From the NCBI GenBank assembly GCA_020184695.1, contig JAANOX010000087.1:372001-436000 (forward strand): DNA of 64,000 nt, given 5' to 3'. The notes beneath the pieces were generated by a model that worked only from the letters and a program-made list of their open reading frames with translations, was not told the DNA's origin and searched no databases. A program made the position numbers and the translations under genes. Positions within the stretch are counted from its first letter, which is position 1; each line of letters begins with the position of its first letter. Of the stretch, positions 1 to 12,429 are shown piece by piece. Source of the DNA: Histomonas meleagridis 2922-C6/04-290x. Its lineage: Eukaryota > Protista > Parabasalia.

Positions 1-3000
1 ATTTACTTAAAACAACCAAACAGATTCCCAAAAAACATTCCTTCTGAATTGAATTTGCTTCTTAATGCAACACGAAATTTTACTGAAATACAAAAATTAC
101 AAGAATACTTAAAAAATTTGAATATAAAAGGTCTTTCATCTCTTTTTGATGTACGTGCAATCCCAGGTATAAAAGCATTTAAAATTTTGTTAAATGAAAA
201 ATCAAAATTTCCAGATGTTTTCAGTTTTTTTGTTCTTAAAGCAGTTCCATTCTTTATATTTACACAGCAAGAAATGGGTGTTACAAATGATTTTTTACAA
301 ATATTATTTCAAGCAATTGATACAAAATTAAAGGATCTAGTTTCACAAACGATTATTTTCGTCATTGATTTTGTTCACCGATTTTCTATTTTTAACAGTG
401 AATTAATTGAACAATTATTTATTCAATTCTTCAAAAACAACAAAAATAATTTTCTCATACTTGACTTACTTATTCAACATTCCAAAAAGCTGTTTGAGGA
501 AAATGATTCAATTTCGAAACAATTTATTAAGTTGTTAACAAATTTTTTAGTATCGAATCCAATGTTTTTACAATCTGATGAAACATTTACTCTTTTAATT
601 AATTCGTTTAATGATCATTTGCAACATTTAAACTTAATAATTCTACAAATGTTTTCGAATATTTTATCATATTTTTCTCAATCCAATATTAAATCATTTT
701 CAAGTTTACTTTTGAGTAATGTTTTTACATATTTTACAAATGAAAAAAATATTTTGAAATTAACTGAAATTAATAAAAAAGAACCAATTAAAATCGAAAC
801 AACAACAAATAATGATAATAATAAAGATAATTCTGATTTTACTTTTATTGATACAAATGTTAATGAACAAATCAAATTACCAAAACCAAAAGAAATAAAA
901 TCATTTGAAGAGATTTATCCCGAAAATATTTTAATAGCAATAAAAATAATAAAAAATAATTTTTCATTAATTAGTGCATTAATAATATCATGTCAACGTA
1001 TAATAAATGATTTAAACTTAGATATAATTTTAATTTTTATATCTCTTTCATCTGTTTTTGATTCTAAATTTATGAAAGATACAATTTTCCAACAAATATT
1101 TAATACGATAATATTTGATCCATCGATTACATTATTGGAATTTAATGATAACAATTTATTACCGATTTTTATTATACGAAAAGAATTTATTTTTACTTTA
1201 ATTAATAATTACATTGAATTTTTATCGAAAATTATCACAAATTCATTAATAAATTATCCATTGATAATAATCGAATTCTTGAATTATATTAAATATTTCT
1301 CTAAAAATTATGAAATTATGAATTTAAAATCGCAATGTTTTATCGAGTTAATATATGAAATAACAACTAAATATAATATAATTGAAGAAAATAATTTAAA
1401 GTATATAAATTTAGTAAAAAATTCTTTAGTTTCATTATTAAAAACTTTAGTAAATAATAAATTTTATGCTTATTCATGGTGCAATTCATTAGAACTAATG
1501 TTTATTTTATTGATATTAATCCAAGATAAAGCTATACGTGATAAAAGTGGACAAATATTAACAACAATTTGTATAAATAATTTCATTAACATCGATCAAT
1601 TCATTATTCCATTTTTCTGTTCGACATTTCAAAAGACAATTACAATTATAAATGAAAGCGAAGTAATAAATTTTGTTTTATTCTTATTAAATATTAATAA
1701 TAAAATATGTATCGAAACAAATTTAATTCATAAATTTTATTTAATTATTGATCCATTATTTGAAATTGTTAATGCTTTAGAAAATGATTGTAATGAATCG
1801 ATTTTAATTTTATTTGAAATTATTAAATTTTATTCATTACAAGATAATAAAAAATATGAAAAAATTAATGAAATATTTTCTAAAATTATTAAATTCGAAA
1901 AAGATAAATCTAATGAATCATTTTATATTAAATGTTTAAATATTATATCTGATCAACAATTTGAAACAATTCCAACAAAATTTATAATAAAAAATCATTT
2001 TGTTTTAACAAATTTTTTTAAGTTTTATATTAATTCACCGAAAATTCTTGATATTATTTCATATTTTAAAGAATTATGTACATGTTATAAAATTAATGCA
2101 ATACAATGTCATAAAGGAAAAATTGATATTTTATTACTTAAAGAAATTCAAGCACGAAAATCAGATATCAAAAATTCGATATTTATTGGGACAGCAATGA
2201 AATTATTAATCACAATTTCATCGATAATATCATCTAATAAAGTTGTTAAACATTTTATTTCTTTGTTTTGTCCAATTAATGAAAATTATTTATCATATTT
2301 TCATACATATTTCATTGCTTCATTAACGCAATTACTTCAATTTAATGAAAATAATTTTAATTTATATTATCCACTTAAAAATGACTCAATTCCATATAAA
2401 ATAGATATAAACAATACGAATAATTTTAAAGAAGATTTTAATATTATGTTTTGGTTATTTATTGGATTTGAAAATTCGCCAATTTTTTATATTAACTTTA
2501 ATAATAATAATTACATTGACTTAACAATAATTAATTCTAATTTAAATATACAAATTAATAAAATTAAAAAATGTTTCGACAAAAAAATTGATATAAATTC
2601 TTGGAATTTAATTACATTAAAATTTCATCAAACTCAAAACGATTTTCTTATAAAAGGATATTTAAATAACATTTATTTAAATGAATTAATATTTCCTAAA
2701 TTCGAATTCGATAAATTATTGATTATTAACATTATGTTAAATAAATCATATTATACTACTTTCGAAAATATATTATATGAAGGATTACTTGGTAAAATTG
2801 GTTTTTATATAAAAATTGATGAAGAAAAATTAAACAGTATATATATAAATGGGCCTAAAAAAGAATATATCGAAAATTCGTTTTTTTATATCAGAACAGA
2901 AATTAAAAATAATTTATTAATGTTAAATTATGGAAATAACATTAACAAAAAAGTCGGGAATTTAACATATTTAACATTTTCACAAATTTTATTAAAAGTT

Positions 3001-6000
3001 TTTTGTATTTCAATTTTACTTCCTTTATTTTCACAATTAGATTTACGTTTTTATAATGATGACAAAGAATTCTCTTTTGATTTAGCTATTGTTGACTTAT
3101 TTAAGGTTGCTTTATTAATAAGTGAAGAAATCCAATATAACTTTTATGTAATTCATGGATTTCCAATTATATCTTATTTATTATATAATACTTCATCGAA
3201 TCATTTAACATATTTTTTATATTTTAGTTTTTTCACATTATTTAATTGTATTACAGTACCAAATTTAAAACAATCTTTATTTGATGAAGTTTTGGTTAAT
3301 TTTAACTTATTAAAGAAATGTGATATTGATTCGAAAACATCAATTATCACAAATTGGAATTTATTTTTATTTGTAAATAATATTAAAAATCTTTATTATA
3401 AAAATAGCTTTTTGACAATTTTTATTAAATTTTTTGATTATATTATACTTGAAAATCAAAATATGAACGATATTAAAGTATTAGAAATGTATGAAAACAT
3501 TTATCAAATATTAACTTGGATGGGTTCGAATAAATATACTAAAGAAGATCATGAAATATTAATATATTGTATTTTCTCAACTAAATTAAATACAAAACAA
3601 ATTATTTCATTATTACGTTTTTATACAATGTTATTTGGAAGTGTAAATTATGATGTAATTAAAAATTATTCATTTTTACCTTTATTATATCTTATAACTT
3701 ATGAAGATTCAGATATTTATATTCATGTTATTGATTTGTTTATTACATTAAATATTACTTCTTTATATAATTTAATGGAATCTGTAAATTTAATGATAAA
3801 ATTAATTAATATTCCATTTGTCACTTTTGAGTTCTTCATTCAATTAACAAAACATATTAATAAAAATCCGGAATTATTAAGTTTATGTTTTTATATTACA
3901 AGTCAAAAGAAAGAAGAAATTTATATTAAAAAATTATTCGAAATAATTCAACCGAATAAAAAATATATTACAAATAAGTTTTGGTCATATTATTTATATA
4001 TTACAGCATATAATCAACCAAATCAATCACAAGCAATTATAAACTTCATTATTAAAACAATAATTGATTATAATAATTATAATAAATGGATTGAAGAATA
4101 TGTTTTTCTAGAAAATATTTCATATTATTTCGATGATAATTTAGATTACATAAAAAATTATTATTTATTAATTTTAGGGAATTTTTTATTAACTGATAAA
4201 ACATTACAAACTAAAGAAAAAGTCGAATCATTTTTAATAATTTCATTTATATTTTTATTATTTATACCTAATGATTATACTGAAACATTTTTAGAAAAAT
4301 GTTTTTATAACTCCATTTTTAATGATAATAATAATCAACAAAAACAAAAACAAATAAAAAATTTAAATAATTTTAAGGCTATTAATAATATTAAGTTTCA
4401 TTATAGTATTAAAGTTGATGAAGATTTCCATTTAAAGAATATTGGATTAATGATATTAACAGATCAAATTATTCCATTACAATATGAACAAATATATTAT
4501 GACTTAGATGAAATTTTATTATATCTTATGGAAGAGAAATCTTTAAGTTATTTAAATGTTGAAGAATGTATATATGAATTCATTCCAATTGTTGATAATT
4601 TTTCTCTAATTATTTTGAAATTAAGTGAAGAAATCGAAATATTTCATAAAGAAAAAATTGAAATTTATGAAAAAACTATTTATAATTTAAATGAAATTAA
4701 AAATAATATCGAAAAATTATTAAATAATTTGGAAATATATAATAATGAAGGTGAAAAAGAATGGAGAAAATTGTTTTCAACATTATCATTTAGAAAATCG
4801 CCTTGGAATATACAAAATAATGAAATGCATTTGATGAGAGATTCAACAATTTGTTCATATTTTTGTCCAATGAAACTTAAAACGAACAAAAAATTCGATA
4901 AATTTTGGTTTAACATATCAAATGTTAAGAAGAAAATACAAATTGAAATCAAAGAATTTTCCAAAATTTTATCAATTAATAATCAAAACAATGAAAAATA
5001 TTATGAAACTAATGCGAAATTAATTAAAATATCGAAAGAAGAAAATATAATATTTAAAGTTATGAAAAACAAAATTATAATTTTATACTTTTCGAATAAT
5101 AAAAAGATAATAATTAATTCAAATGAAATCGAAAAAATACTTTTTAGAACAATATTACATCATCCGCGTGGTATTGAGATCTTTTTAACTAATCGAAAAT
5201 CATATTTAATTGATTTAGAACAACATGAAAATATCATTGAGTTATTACAAGAATTAAATATATTATATCTAAAAGATGTAACAATTCAAACTTCGAATTT
5301 TTCATCATATTTTAACTCATTACAATATAAAAAACAATGGGAAGAAGGGAAAATATCAAATTTCGAATATTTAATGTGCTTGAATATATTTAGTGGTCGT
5401 TCATTTAACTCAGCTGAAATGTATCCATTTTTCCCTTGGATATTAAAAGATTATACTTCCGAAACATTAAATATTAATGATGAAACTATTTATAGAGATT
5501 TAAATAAACCGATTGGAGAAATAGATGAAAATCGTTTTAATAATTTAATCCAATCTTTAAAAGATATCGAAAATGATTTCGATTATAAATTTTTATATAG
5601 TTCAAGTTTTTCATCACCTTTAATAGTTTATTTGTTTTTGGTTCGTTTAGAACCTTTTTCAACTCAACATATTAAATCTCAAAATGGAAAATTCGATCGA
5701 TCTGATCGATTATTTTCATCGATTTCGAAAATGTATAAAATTTCTTCAACAAATAATAATAGTTATATTGAGTTAGTTCCTGAGGCGTTTTTTTCATCAA
5801 CGTTTTTAATTAATATGAATCATTTTGATTTAGGTATAGTTGATAATAAAAACATTAACGATGTGGAATTACCTAATTGGAGTAAAAATGATTTTTATAA
5901 TTTTGTTTATTTACATCGGAAAGCTTTAGAAAGTGATTACGTATCGAAAAACTTAAATAATTGGATCGATTATATTTGGGGAATTAAACAAAAAGCTGAA

Positions 6001-7128
6001 AATAATTTATATCATCCATTTTTATATGAAGATGTTTGGGATAATCCTCAAAATGAATCACAAAATTTATCCGTTGAACCTATTATAAGTAATTATGGTC
6101 AAATTCCACCACATTTATTTAATAAGAAACATCCACTTAAAAAAATTTTTAATTTTTCACCAAAAATTACAAATAATGTTTTGATTATTTCTTTTAAATC
6201 CAATTTTTTGTTTTCTAATGTATTAAATTCTTTTTTAATTTCGTTTTTAATCATTGAGGAAAATGGTTTAATTTTTAAGTTAAGTTTTAATATTGATGAA
6301 ATAAAGAAATATTATAATAAAGGAAATATTATATATATTAATTCCGATGAGTTGAAAAAAATATATAAAACTTATTTGAATGTTAAGATTAGTGATCCAA
6401 AAGAATTTATGTATAATATTACATCTAATAATAATCTAATCATTTCAACTAAAATCGGAATGATGAAGTTATTAAATTGTAATAATTATAAGAAAAAATC
6501 GATTTTTTGTCATTTTAATAAGATTAATTGCGTTTCGATTAATGGTAACTTTATTGCTTCTGGTGGATCTGATTCAACAATATCAATTTCACTTGAAAGC
6601 CCATATAAAAACATATTTTATATGAATTCTTTTTGTGATTCGATTAATTGTTGTTATGTTTCTGATGTATTTTCTACTGCGGTATTCTGCGCAAATAATG
6701 GTATAATATTTTTAATATCTTTAAATGAATTTTTGGTTACAAAAACTATCGAACTAAAAAATAAAAAACCTTTAAAAGTTTTGGTTACTAAAAGTTGGGG
6801 ATTCATTTTAATTTATTCAATATCCAAAGTTGATAATGTTAAATATTTATCTTTGTTTTCTATTAATGGCGAATTAATTAAAGAAAAAATTGTTCCAATT
6901 GAAATTTCCGTTTTCGATTCATTCACTTTAAATGGTTTCGATTACGTTTTGTTGGCTTCTAAATGCGGTCAATTATATATGTTCGAGGCTTTCTTTTTGA
7001 ACGTGGAAAAAGAGTTCTTTAGTACGAAGAAAGAAATACAAACAATTGCATTCGATAATGAAAAATTAATTATGGCAGTTGCAAATGATGGAACTTTCTT
7101 CTTGTTCCCTATCGAAAATACTAAATAA
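1..7128 (+). CDS. BEACH-domain protein (PH-BEACH-WD40 C-terminus); 5' end lies outside the window
   Basis: The frame is open from position 1 (IYLKQPNRF...). BEACH motifs are present: W...ISNFEYLMCLNIFSGRSFN..MYPFFPW, LVRLEPF, GKFDRSDRLF, ELVPEAF, LPNW, HRKALES.YVS.NLNNWIDYIWG.KQ, YGQIPPHLF. They are preceded by a PH-like segment (IFRTILH..RGIEIF) and followed by WD40-like repeats. Confidence 0.93.
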   Translation: MYLKQPNRFPKNIPSELNLLLNATRNFTEIQKLQEYLKNLNIKGLSSLFDVRAIPGIKAFKILLNEKSKFPDVFSFFVLKAVPFFIFTQQEMGVTNDFLQILFQAIDTKLKDLVSQTIIFVIDFVHRFSIFNSELIEQLFIQFFKNNKNNFLILDLLIQHSKKLFEENDSISKQFIKLLTNFLVSNPMFLQSDETFTLLINSFNDHLQHLNLIILQMFSNILSYFSQSNIKSFSSLLLSNVFTYFTNEKNILKLTEINKKEPIKIETTTNNDNNKDNSDFTFIDTNVNEQIKLPKPKEIKSFEEIYPENILIAIKIIKNNFSLISALIISCQRIINDLNLDIILIFISLSSVFDSKFMKDTIFQQIFNTIIFDPSITLLEFNDNNLLPIFIIRKEFIFTLINNYIEFLSKIITNSLINYPLIIIEFLNYIKYFSKNYEIMNLKSQCFIELIYEITTKYNIIEENNLKYINLVKNSLVSLLKTLVNNKFYAYSWCNSLELMFILLILIQDKAIRDKSGQILTTICINNFINIDQFIIPFFCSTFQKTITIINESEVINFVLFLLNINNKICIETNLIHKFYLIIDPLFEIVNALENDCNESILILFEIIKFYSLQDNKKYEKINEIFSKIIKFEKDKSNESFYIKCLNIISDQQFETIPTKFIIKNHFVLTNFFKFYINSPKILDIISYFKELCTCYKINAIQCHKGKIDILLLKEIQARKSDIKNSIFIGTAMKLLITISSIISSNKVVKHFISLFCPINENYLSYFHTYFIASLTQLLQFNENNFNLYYPLKNDSIPYKIDINNTNNFKEDFNIMFWLFIGFENSPIFYINFNNNNYIDLTIINSNLNIQINKIKKCFDKKIDINSWNLITLKFHQTQNDFLIKGYLNNIYLNELIFPKFEFDKLLIINIMLNKSYYTTFENILYEGLLGKIGFYIKIDEEKLNSIYINGPKKEYIENSFFYIRTEIKNNLLMLNYGNNINKKVGNLTYLTFSQILLKVFCISILLPLFSQLDLRFYNDDKEFSFDLAIVDLFKVALLISEEIQYNFYVIHGFPIISYLLYNTSSNHLTYFLYFSFFTLFNCITVPNLKQSLFDEVLVNFNLLKKCDIDSKTSIITNWNLFLFVNNIKNLYYKNSFLTIFIKFFDYIILENQNMNDIKVLEMYENIYQILTWMGSNKYTKEDHEILIYCIFSTKLNTKQIISLLRFYTMLFGSVNYDVIKNYSFLPLLYLITYEDSDIYIHVIDLFITLNITSLYNLMESVNLMIKLINIPFVTFEFFIQLTKHINKNPELLSLCFYITSQKKEEIYIKKLFEIIQPNKKYITNKFWSYYLYITAYNQPNQSQAIINFIIKTIIDYNNYNKWIEEYVFLENISYYFDDNLDYIKNYYLLILGNFLLTDKTLQTKEKVESFLIISFIFLLFIPNDYTETFLEKCFYNSIFNDNNNQQKQKQIKNLNNFKAINNIKFHYSIKVDEDFHLKNIGLMILTDQIIPLQYEQIYYDLDEILLYLMEEKSLSYLNVEECIYEFIPIVDNFSLIILKLSEEIEIFHKEKIEIYEKTIYNLNEIKNNIEKLLNNLEIYNNEGEKEWRKLFSTLSFRKSPWNIQNNEMHLMRDSTICSYFCPMKLKTNKKFDKFWFNISNVKKKIQIEIKEFSKILSINNQNNEKYYETNAKLIKISKEENIIFKVMKNKIIILYFSNNKKIIINSNEIEKILFRTILHHPRGIEIFLTNRKSYLIDLEQHENIIELLQELNILYLKDVTIQTSNFSSYFNSLQYKKQWEEGKISNFEYLMCLNIFSGRSFNSAEMYPFFPWILKDYTSETLNINDETIYRDLNKPIGEIDENRFNNLIQSLKDIENDFDYKFLYSSSFSSPLIVYLFLVRLEPFSTQHIKSQNGKFDRSDRLFSSISKMYKISSTNNNSYIELVPEAFFSSTFLINMNHFDLGIVDNKNINDVELPNWSKNDFYNFVYLHRKALESDYVSKNLNNWIDYIWGIKQKAENNLYHPFLYEDVWDNPQNESQNLSVEPIISNYGQIPPHLFNKKHPLKKIFNFSPKITNNVLIISFKSNFLFSNVLNSFLISFLIIEENGLIFKLSFNIDEIKKYYNKGNIIYINSDELKKIYKTYLNVKISDPKEFMYNITSNNNLIISTKIGMMKLLNCNNYKKKSIFCHFNKINCVSINGNFIASGGSDSTISISLESPYKNIFYMNSFCDSINCCYVSDVFSTAVFCANNGIIFLISLNEFLVTKTIELKNKKPLKVLVTKSWGFILIYSISKVDNVKYLSLFSINGELIKEKIVPIEISVFDSFTLNGFDYVLLASKCGQLYMFEAFFLNVEKEFFSTKKEIQTIAFDNEKLIMAVANDGTFFLFPIENTK

Positions 7129-7678
7129 AAACTGTATGTATCTATAAATATGTTAAAATTATTTTTTAATATTTAAAATCAATGCTTCAATTAACAAAAA
7201 TAATTGGGATAGAAAAGAAAAAATAAAATATTCAAGTAAAATATGATTAAGTTTTATCTTATATAAATACACAGATCATTACATGTTTTGTGAATTGTTA
7301 TATTTATAATATTGATATTTACAGTCTTTTATATGCATAATTTTTATGTATTCTTGATCAATTTTGGTTTATCATTGATAACTTCATTTTGCACAAATTT
7401 AGAAATTATGGAATCCTATATCTTTTATGCTCTTCAATACGAAATATTACATTTTTGGAATTAATAACTATTAAATATAATTCATTTTCAGTATGCTCAA
7501 GTTTGGAATCAGTTAATTTTAGCAATATTTTAAAGCCTATTGAACATCATGCATTTTATGTTCTATGAAAAAGTTTGGAATTGAATTACATTTGATCGTT
7601 GTTCATATTTCCCATTTTCTTAAATTTCTCGTTTTTCTCACTAAAAACATTCGTTATCCGTATTATTTTTTATTATAT

Positions 7679-8827
7679 TTATTTTGCTAAAACATTTCTT
7701 TTTGAGTTCAGAGGAGTTGGAACGATCTGTTTTGGTTGCAAATTTCTCGTCAACAAGCACATCTTTTCCATTGATGAGTTTTTGCACGCTCCATTTGACA
7801 TCGACTTCATTTTCTTCGAAGTCACTGTCAACGAAGGCTTCTTCATCGTTAATGTGAATCCTTTCGGAGGGTATTTCTCCATCGCACAAGTTCGTCTGTC
7901 GAGTTGCGCAACCGGAGGGAGTGAGAAAACTTGTACGTCCAAGTCATGAGACACAAACATGAGTCCGCATCTGTTTCCATTTCCTTCGCTATAATTCGAA
8001 CAGGAGAAAACAGTGTAAAGATTGTTGCCTCCGAAGCACGAAATGCCCATCGGAACGCATTGGTGAGCTCTGATGATGTGTTTCAATGAAAATGTTTCCA
8101 AGAAATCGTTGACAGCTTCAGTGCCAAACATGACGCCGGTGCCCCTTTGAGACTGTACATAACGAGGATTCTCTGTGGAGGGATCTGACCACACTAAGTC
8201 TGAGACTAGATCTGAATCATATGATTTGAGAGGTTTCGGCATTGTGCTAATTTGTGTGAAAGATGTAAGTAATGGTGAAAGGCCACCATGAACGCAGAAT
8301 ATTTTTTGGTCAATAATAGCTGCAATTGGTAAATTATCAAAAGCAGTATTAAAAGAATCATAAAGGACTTGAGATTTGTAGTTATTGATACATTCACTAT
8401 GGAATCCATAAAAATCATTTATCGCTTCGAATTCATGATTTCCTCTAAGAAGATAAATATGTTGTGGAAATAAAAGTTGCATCGCAAATAAAAGAGTCAT
8501 AACCTCAACAGAATATTGACCACGGTCAACATAATCGCCAAGAAATAAAAAGCGAGAAGTTGGAGGGGATTTTGTATGAATAAATATTCTTAATAAATCA
8601 AATAAATTTCCATGAATATCACCGATAACATATATTGGTGATTGTAAGGAAAGGAGGTTGGGCTGTTTTTGAAGAAAATTTGTCGTGTTTTTTAAGAGTT
8701 CTAATATCAATGCTTCTTCAAATATTGGAATTGGATATTTCGACCCAATATAACTTAACGAGTTGATGTTTAGCTCAAGAATCTGTTTGTATGCCCGCAT
8801 CACAATGTGAGCACTTTGTGTACTCAT
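7679..8827 (-). CDS. Ser/Thr protein phosphatase, PPP family (PP1-like)
   Basis: Motifs GDIHG, GDYVDRG, LRGNHE, HGG, WSDP, RGTG, RAHQ, TVFSCSNY. Confidence 0.95.
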   Translation of the reverse strand: MSTQSAHIVMRAYKQILELNINSLSYIGSKYPIPIFEEALILELLKNTTNFLQKQPNLLSLQSPIYVIGDIHGNLFDLLRIFIHTKSPPTSRFLFLGDYVDRGQYSVEVMTLLFAMQLLFPQHIYLLRGNHEFEAINDFYGFHSECINNYKSQVLYDSFNTAFDNLPIAAIIDQKIFCVHGGLSPLLTSFTQISTMPKPLKSYDSDLVSDLVWSDPSTENPRYVQSQRGTGVMFGTEAVNDFLETFSLKHIIRAHQCVPMGISCFGGNNLYTVFSCSNYSEGNGNRCGLMFVSHDLDVQVFSLPPVAQLDRRTCAMEKYPPKGFTLTMKKPSLTVTSKKMKSMSNGACKNSSMEKMCLLTRNLQPKQIVPTPLNSKRNVLAK

Positions 8828-10370
8828 TGTGGTGAATTTGATTTTGAAAATTCACACAATTTGAAATTTGAGAATGCATTCAATTTTGAGTGAAAAAAAT
8901 AATGGAAAATGTCTCAAAAGCATTTTATCAAATCCAAACTTTTTGACAGCTACAAATTTTGGATTACTGAAAAGTTATGTCAGAAATATGGAGTACGGAT
9001 AAAAATTTTTTATCCATTTTTAGGGATTATAAGTAAAAAAATCATTTGCTTTCAAATAGGATTTCAATTTATTGCATACGTTGGGAGCATATTTGAAAAA
9101 AATCTTCTTTGTTAATTTTAATGAAAAATTGTTTCAATGTTACTTACTTTACTTCTTCTTCCTGTCTACTTTATGAATTTTTAATGGTCTATTAGAAAAA
9201 ATACTTTTGTTTTTTTTTAAAATATGTTTTTTCAATTCGGATAAAAAAGATCTTTGAAATTTTAAAAAGAAAATCGAGATTTTAAATTTCCCTATTATCT
9301 AAAACCCAATTATTTAATGGCTTCATAAAATGCATGTAATTTAAATCGAAAAGCTTTACATTGTATTTTAAAATAAAACTTTTGATTCTAATTAATTTCA
9401 ATTTATGTATAATGACATATGAATGATTGAGAGTTAAGGCATGCAAGAATTATATTTTTTTTCGATTGAGATAATGGTTTTAACTTGAAGTTATGTTGAC
9501 AACTTTACTCATTATTGATTCAGCAACGTCACTTTTTTATCATCGGCATAAAAAAGTGCAAAACCGATAAATTTTGTCTCCTTTTGTAATTGTGTACTCA
9601 CGATGTGTATGCAGTTTGAATCAGGCAAAAATATAGGTTTTATTATGTATATTGCCTATATTTCCAAAAAGCAGATACCAACTAAACAGTATTCCATATG
9701 TAACATTATTCTATTGTTAACTTCATCTTTGTAAAGTGCCTTGAAAATAGTTGTGACTGTTTCAAATTTTTTTAAAGAATTTATTATTTTTAATATATTA
9801 TGGATTGCAAAATCACCATACATGTGATGCATTCTTAGTAAAACACAACCACATTTGTTTTTATTATGTGATTTTTTAGAAACAAAAATAGTCCTATTCT
9901 TTTTTAAGGAGTTCTTTATAGCAAAAATCTCACAGTTGTTAAATGTTGCCCACCAAAACTGCTTTTAGTTAAACAACATTTTTCATTGGGAATAATGTAA
10001 ATATATCAAAATAATTGAAGTAAAAACAATATCATTAATTTAAAAATATAGGTGGCGCTAATTCTATATTATTTCGTACAAAACATCATCTATAATTTCA
10101 TCAAACAATATTTAGAGAAGATATATCTTATATATAAAATCAATAAATATATATTTTAATGACTTTTTGGATTAGATGTTTACTCGTTAGTTCCTTTAAA
10201 TATCTCTTATAAGAGAATTGAAGTTTTCAAAGGCTTGTTTTGTGTTTGCCTCATATCCAAAAATGATATGGTTCAAACCACTCAAACGAAGATTGCGGTT
10301 TTATTCATTTTTTTCTATGACATCATACAATTCTGCTATTGGTTAAAAAAGATAAACATCTAAAATTGAA

Positions 10371-11861
10371 ATGAACCTGAGAGAATCCAGCATCGAAAAT
10401 ATGGGCATGTACGAATCTTTCGAGCCTCTAAGTCAATCTGGATGTGATCTTTCTCAGTATCCAAACCAACTTCAGCGCGAAAGAAGTTCTCGCACACTTA
10501 ATCTGAGAAGAATCAATAAACCCTCAATTTCTTCAATTACAGGAAAAGTTATAAACGCCAACGCAAAACCCAAAATGGCTGACCTCGCTAGTTTTCCATA
10601 TGTTGATCCTCAATATATTATTACCACATTATCAAAAGGAAATTATAGGGAAATGAACGAATTATTCCAAAATCTGATTAACTGTGCCAAATCTACACCA
10701 AGAATGCTCAATGCTATTGCAACCAATGAATCTGTTTTAGAAACTTTAGCAAATTGTTTAACTGATACATATCCAGATCCAACAATAATTTTATTGATCA
10801 TGACAATATCAGCATTATTTCCACTTTGTGGTCGAGCCGCTGACTCTTTTGTTGACAATTTTTGTTTTTCTTTTGAATCATTATTATCATCAAACAATCA
10901 ACAAATCGTCGGCTGTACCATCGGATTAATAGCCACTGTAGCCGACAATTCAAGTTATGGTCGTAATTCCATCTTATGTCTTGAAATCCATAAATTATTA
11001 GTCAAAATTGTTCTCAGCGAAACCACTCCAGAACTTACCAATGCAGCTGCTGATGCCATATTTCGTATCTATGCCAATCCAGAGCCCATCGAGCCCGAAA
11101 TTCTTCTTGATTCCGTTGAAGATATGGTCCAAGCGCTTCACGTTTCCTCGCTATCAGCTGTCAATTCCATCATTTCATCCTTTGTAGAGATGACCAATGA
11201 TTTCCCTTCACTTGTTAACAATCTTTTTGATCTTGGATTATTTCCAATTGTTGTCCAACTTCTAGATAACCCATTATGTGTCTCTGCATCGCTTCGTCTC
11301 ATCGGAAACCTTAGTGTTGCACAGCCATCACAGATCAATGTGATGTTAGAATCCGGACTTTTACCCAAATTGATCTCATTTATCGAAAGCGAACATTGTT
11401 CTGATGTATTTTGGGTTTTATCTAATTTGATTGAATCAGTTCCGCCATTATTATTACCACTTGTTAACTTAGACTTTATCAATCGCGTTTTAGATATCTC
11501 CGAAATAAGTTCGTTTGAGATCAAACGCGAATCCGCATTTTTCATTGCGACTGTAATCGTATTCACACATCACGCGAATTTACAGTATCTAATGAATGAG
11601 AAAATTATCGATTTACTTGTGGAAATGCTCGGCTGCGAAGTCGAATATATTGTTGTGAGATGTGTCGACGCGATTCTTAAGTTTTTGGCTTACGCTATGA
11701 ATAACACAAGTAACTGCGAAAGCTGCTTGGCGTGCTTGAATAATAGCGACTTAAATGATAGAATCGAGGAGTTGTTGGCAGACCAAGAGAAAGGAGACTT
11801 GACAGATAGAGTCGAATTCTTGAGACATCAGGTGCAGATACTGAACGCTAGCGCAACGTGA
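10371..11861 (+). CDS. Armadillo-repeat protein, importin-alpha-like
   Basis: 496 aa ORF. The N-terminus is IBB-like and basic (QLQRERSSRTLNLRR). ARM-type motifs include ASLRLIGNL, DVFWVLSNL and IKRESAFFIA. Confidence 0.7.
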   Translation: MNLRESSIENMGMYESFEPLSQSGCDLSQYPNQLQRERSSRTLNLRRINKPSISSITGKVINANAKPKMADLASFPYVDPQYIITTLSKGNYREMNELFQNLINCAKSTPRMLNAIATNESVLETLANCLTDTYPDPTIILLIMTISALFPLCGRAADSFVDNFCFSFESLLSSNNQQIVGCTIGLIATVADNSSYGRNSILCLEIHKLLVKIVLSETTPELTNAAADAIFRIYANPEPIEPEILLDSVEDMVQALHVSSLSAVNSIISSFVEMTNDFPSLVNNLFDLGLFPIVVQLLDNPLCVSASLRLIGNLSVAQPSQINVMLESGLLPKLISFIESEHCSDVFWVLSNLIESVPPLLLPLVNLDFINRVLDISEISSFEIKRESAFFIATVIVFTHHANLQYLMNEKIIDLLVEMLGCEVEYIVVRCVDAILKFLAYAMNNTSNCESCLACLNNSDLNDRIEELLADQEKGDLTDRVEFLRHQVQILNASAT

Positions 11862-11998
11862 TTTATTTCAATAAAATGATATAGATTCATTTGAAGAATA
11901 AATGAAAATTATGTTTAGAAAATATTTTTTGTTGTTTTTGTTGTGACAAGAAAAAATATAAAATACAAAAAATTTTTATTTATATGTAAATTGTAATT

Positions 11999-12373
11999 TC
12001 ATTTGGAATTTTGTACAGTGGTAATAAATTGCGTCGAAAAATCCATTTCTTCCTTTTGAAGTAAAGAAATGTCTTGGGAACAGATTTGTTGCTGATGTTT
12101 TAGGATTGATTGAAGATGACGTATCTGTTTAATTCCATCATCTATGACTTTTTTCCTTTGTCGCCTTGTATTTTCAATTTTCTCCTTTAAAATTGAAATC
12201 CTTTGTCGTATTTCCTGTATTCGAATATCTGATGATTCTTGATTTGCATTATCATTAAAAAATTCTCTTTCTTGGAAATTTTCTTCAAATAACTGAGATC
12301 GAACATAAAGCTCCCTTGATTTTTGCTCTAATGATTGAGTAATTAAGACATTTTCAAAATCAGTTAACATCAA
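11999..12373 (-). CDS. Small coiled-coil hypothetical protein
   Basis: 124 aa ATG-initiated ORF with heptad-like E/Q/K/I composition. Confidence 0.65.
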   Translation of the reverse strand: MMLTDFENVLITQSLEQKSRELYVRSQLFEENFQEREFFNDNANQESSDIRIQEIRQRISILKEKIENTRRQRKKVIDDGIKQIRHLQSILKHQQQICSQDISLLQKEEMDFSTQFITTVQNSK

Positions 12374-12429
12374 ATTTTGTACGTTAATTGAGAAATGTTA
12401 TCTGAAAACAAAACCGAATTGTAATAAAA

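Noticed and set aside
9400-10000. Possible decayed coding remnant
   Set aside because: It is slightly richer in GC, but no motif could be recognised in any frame.
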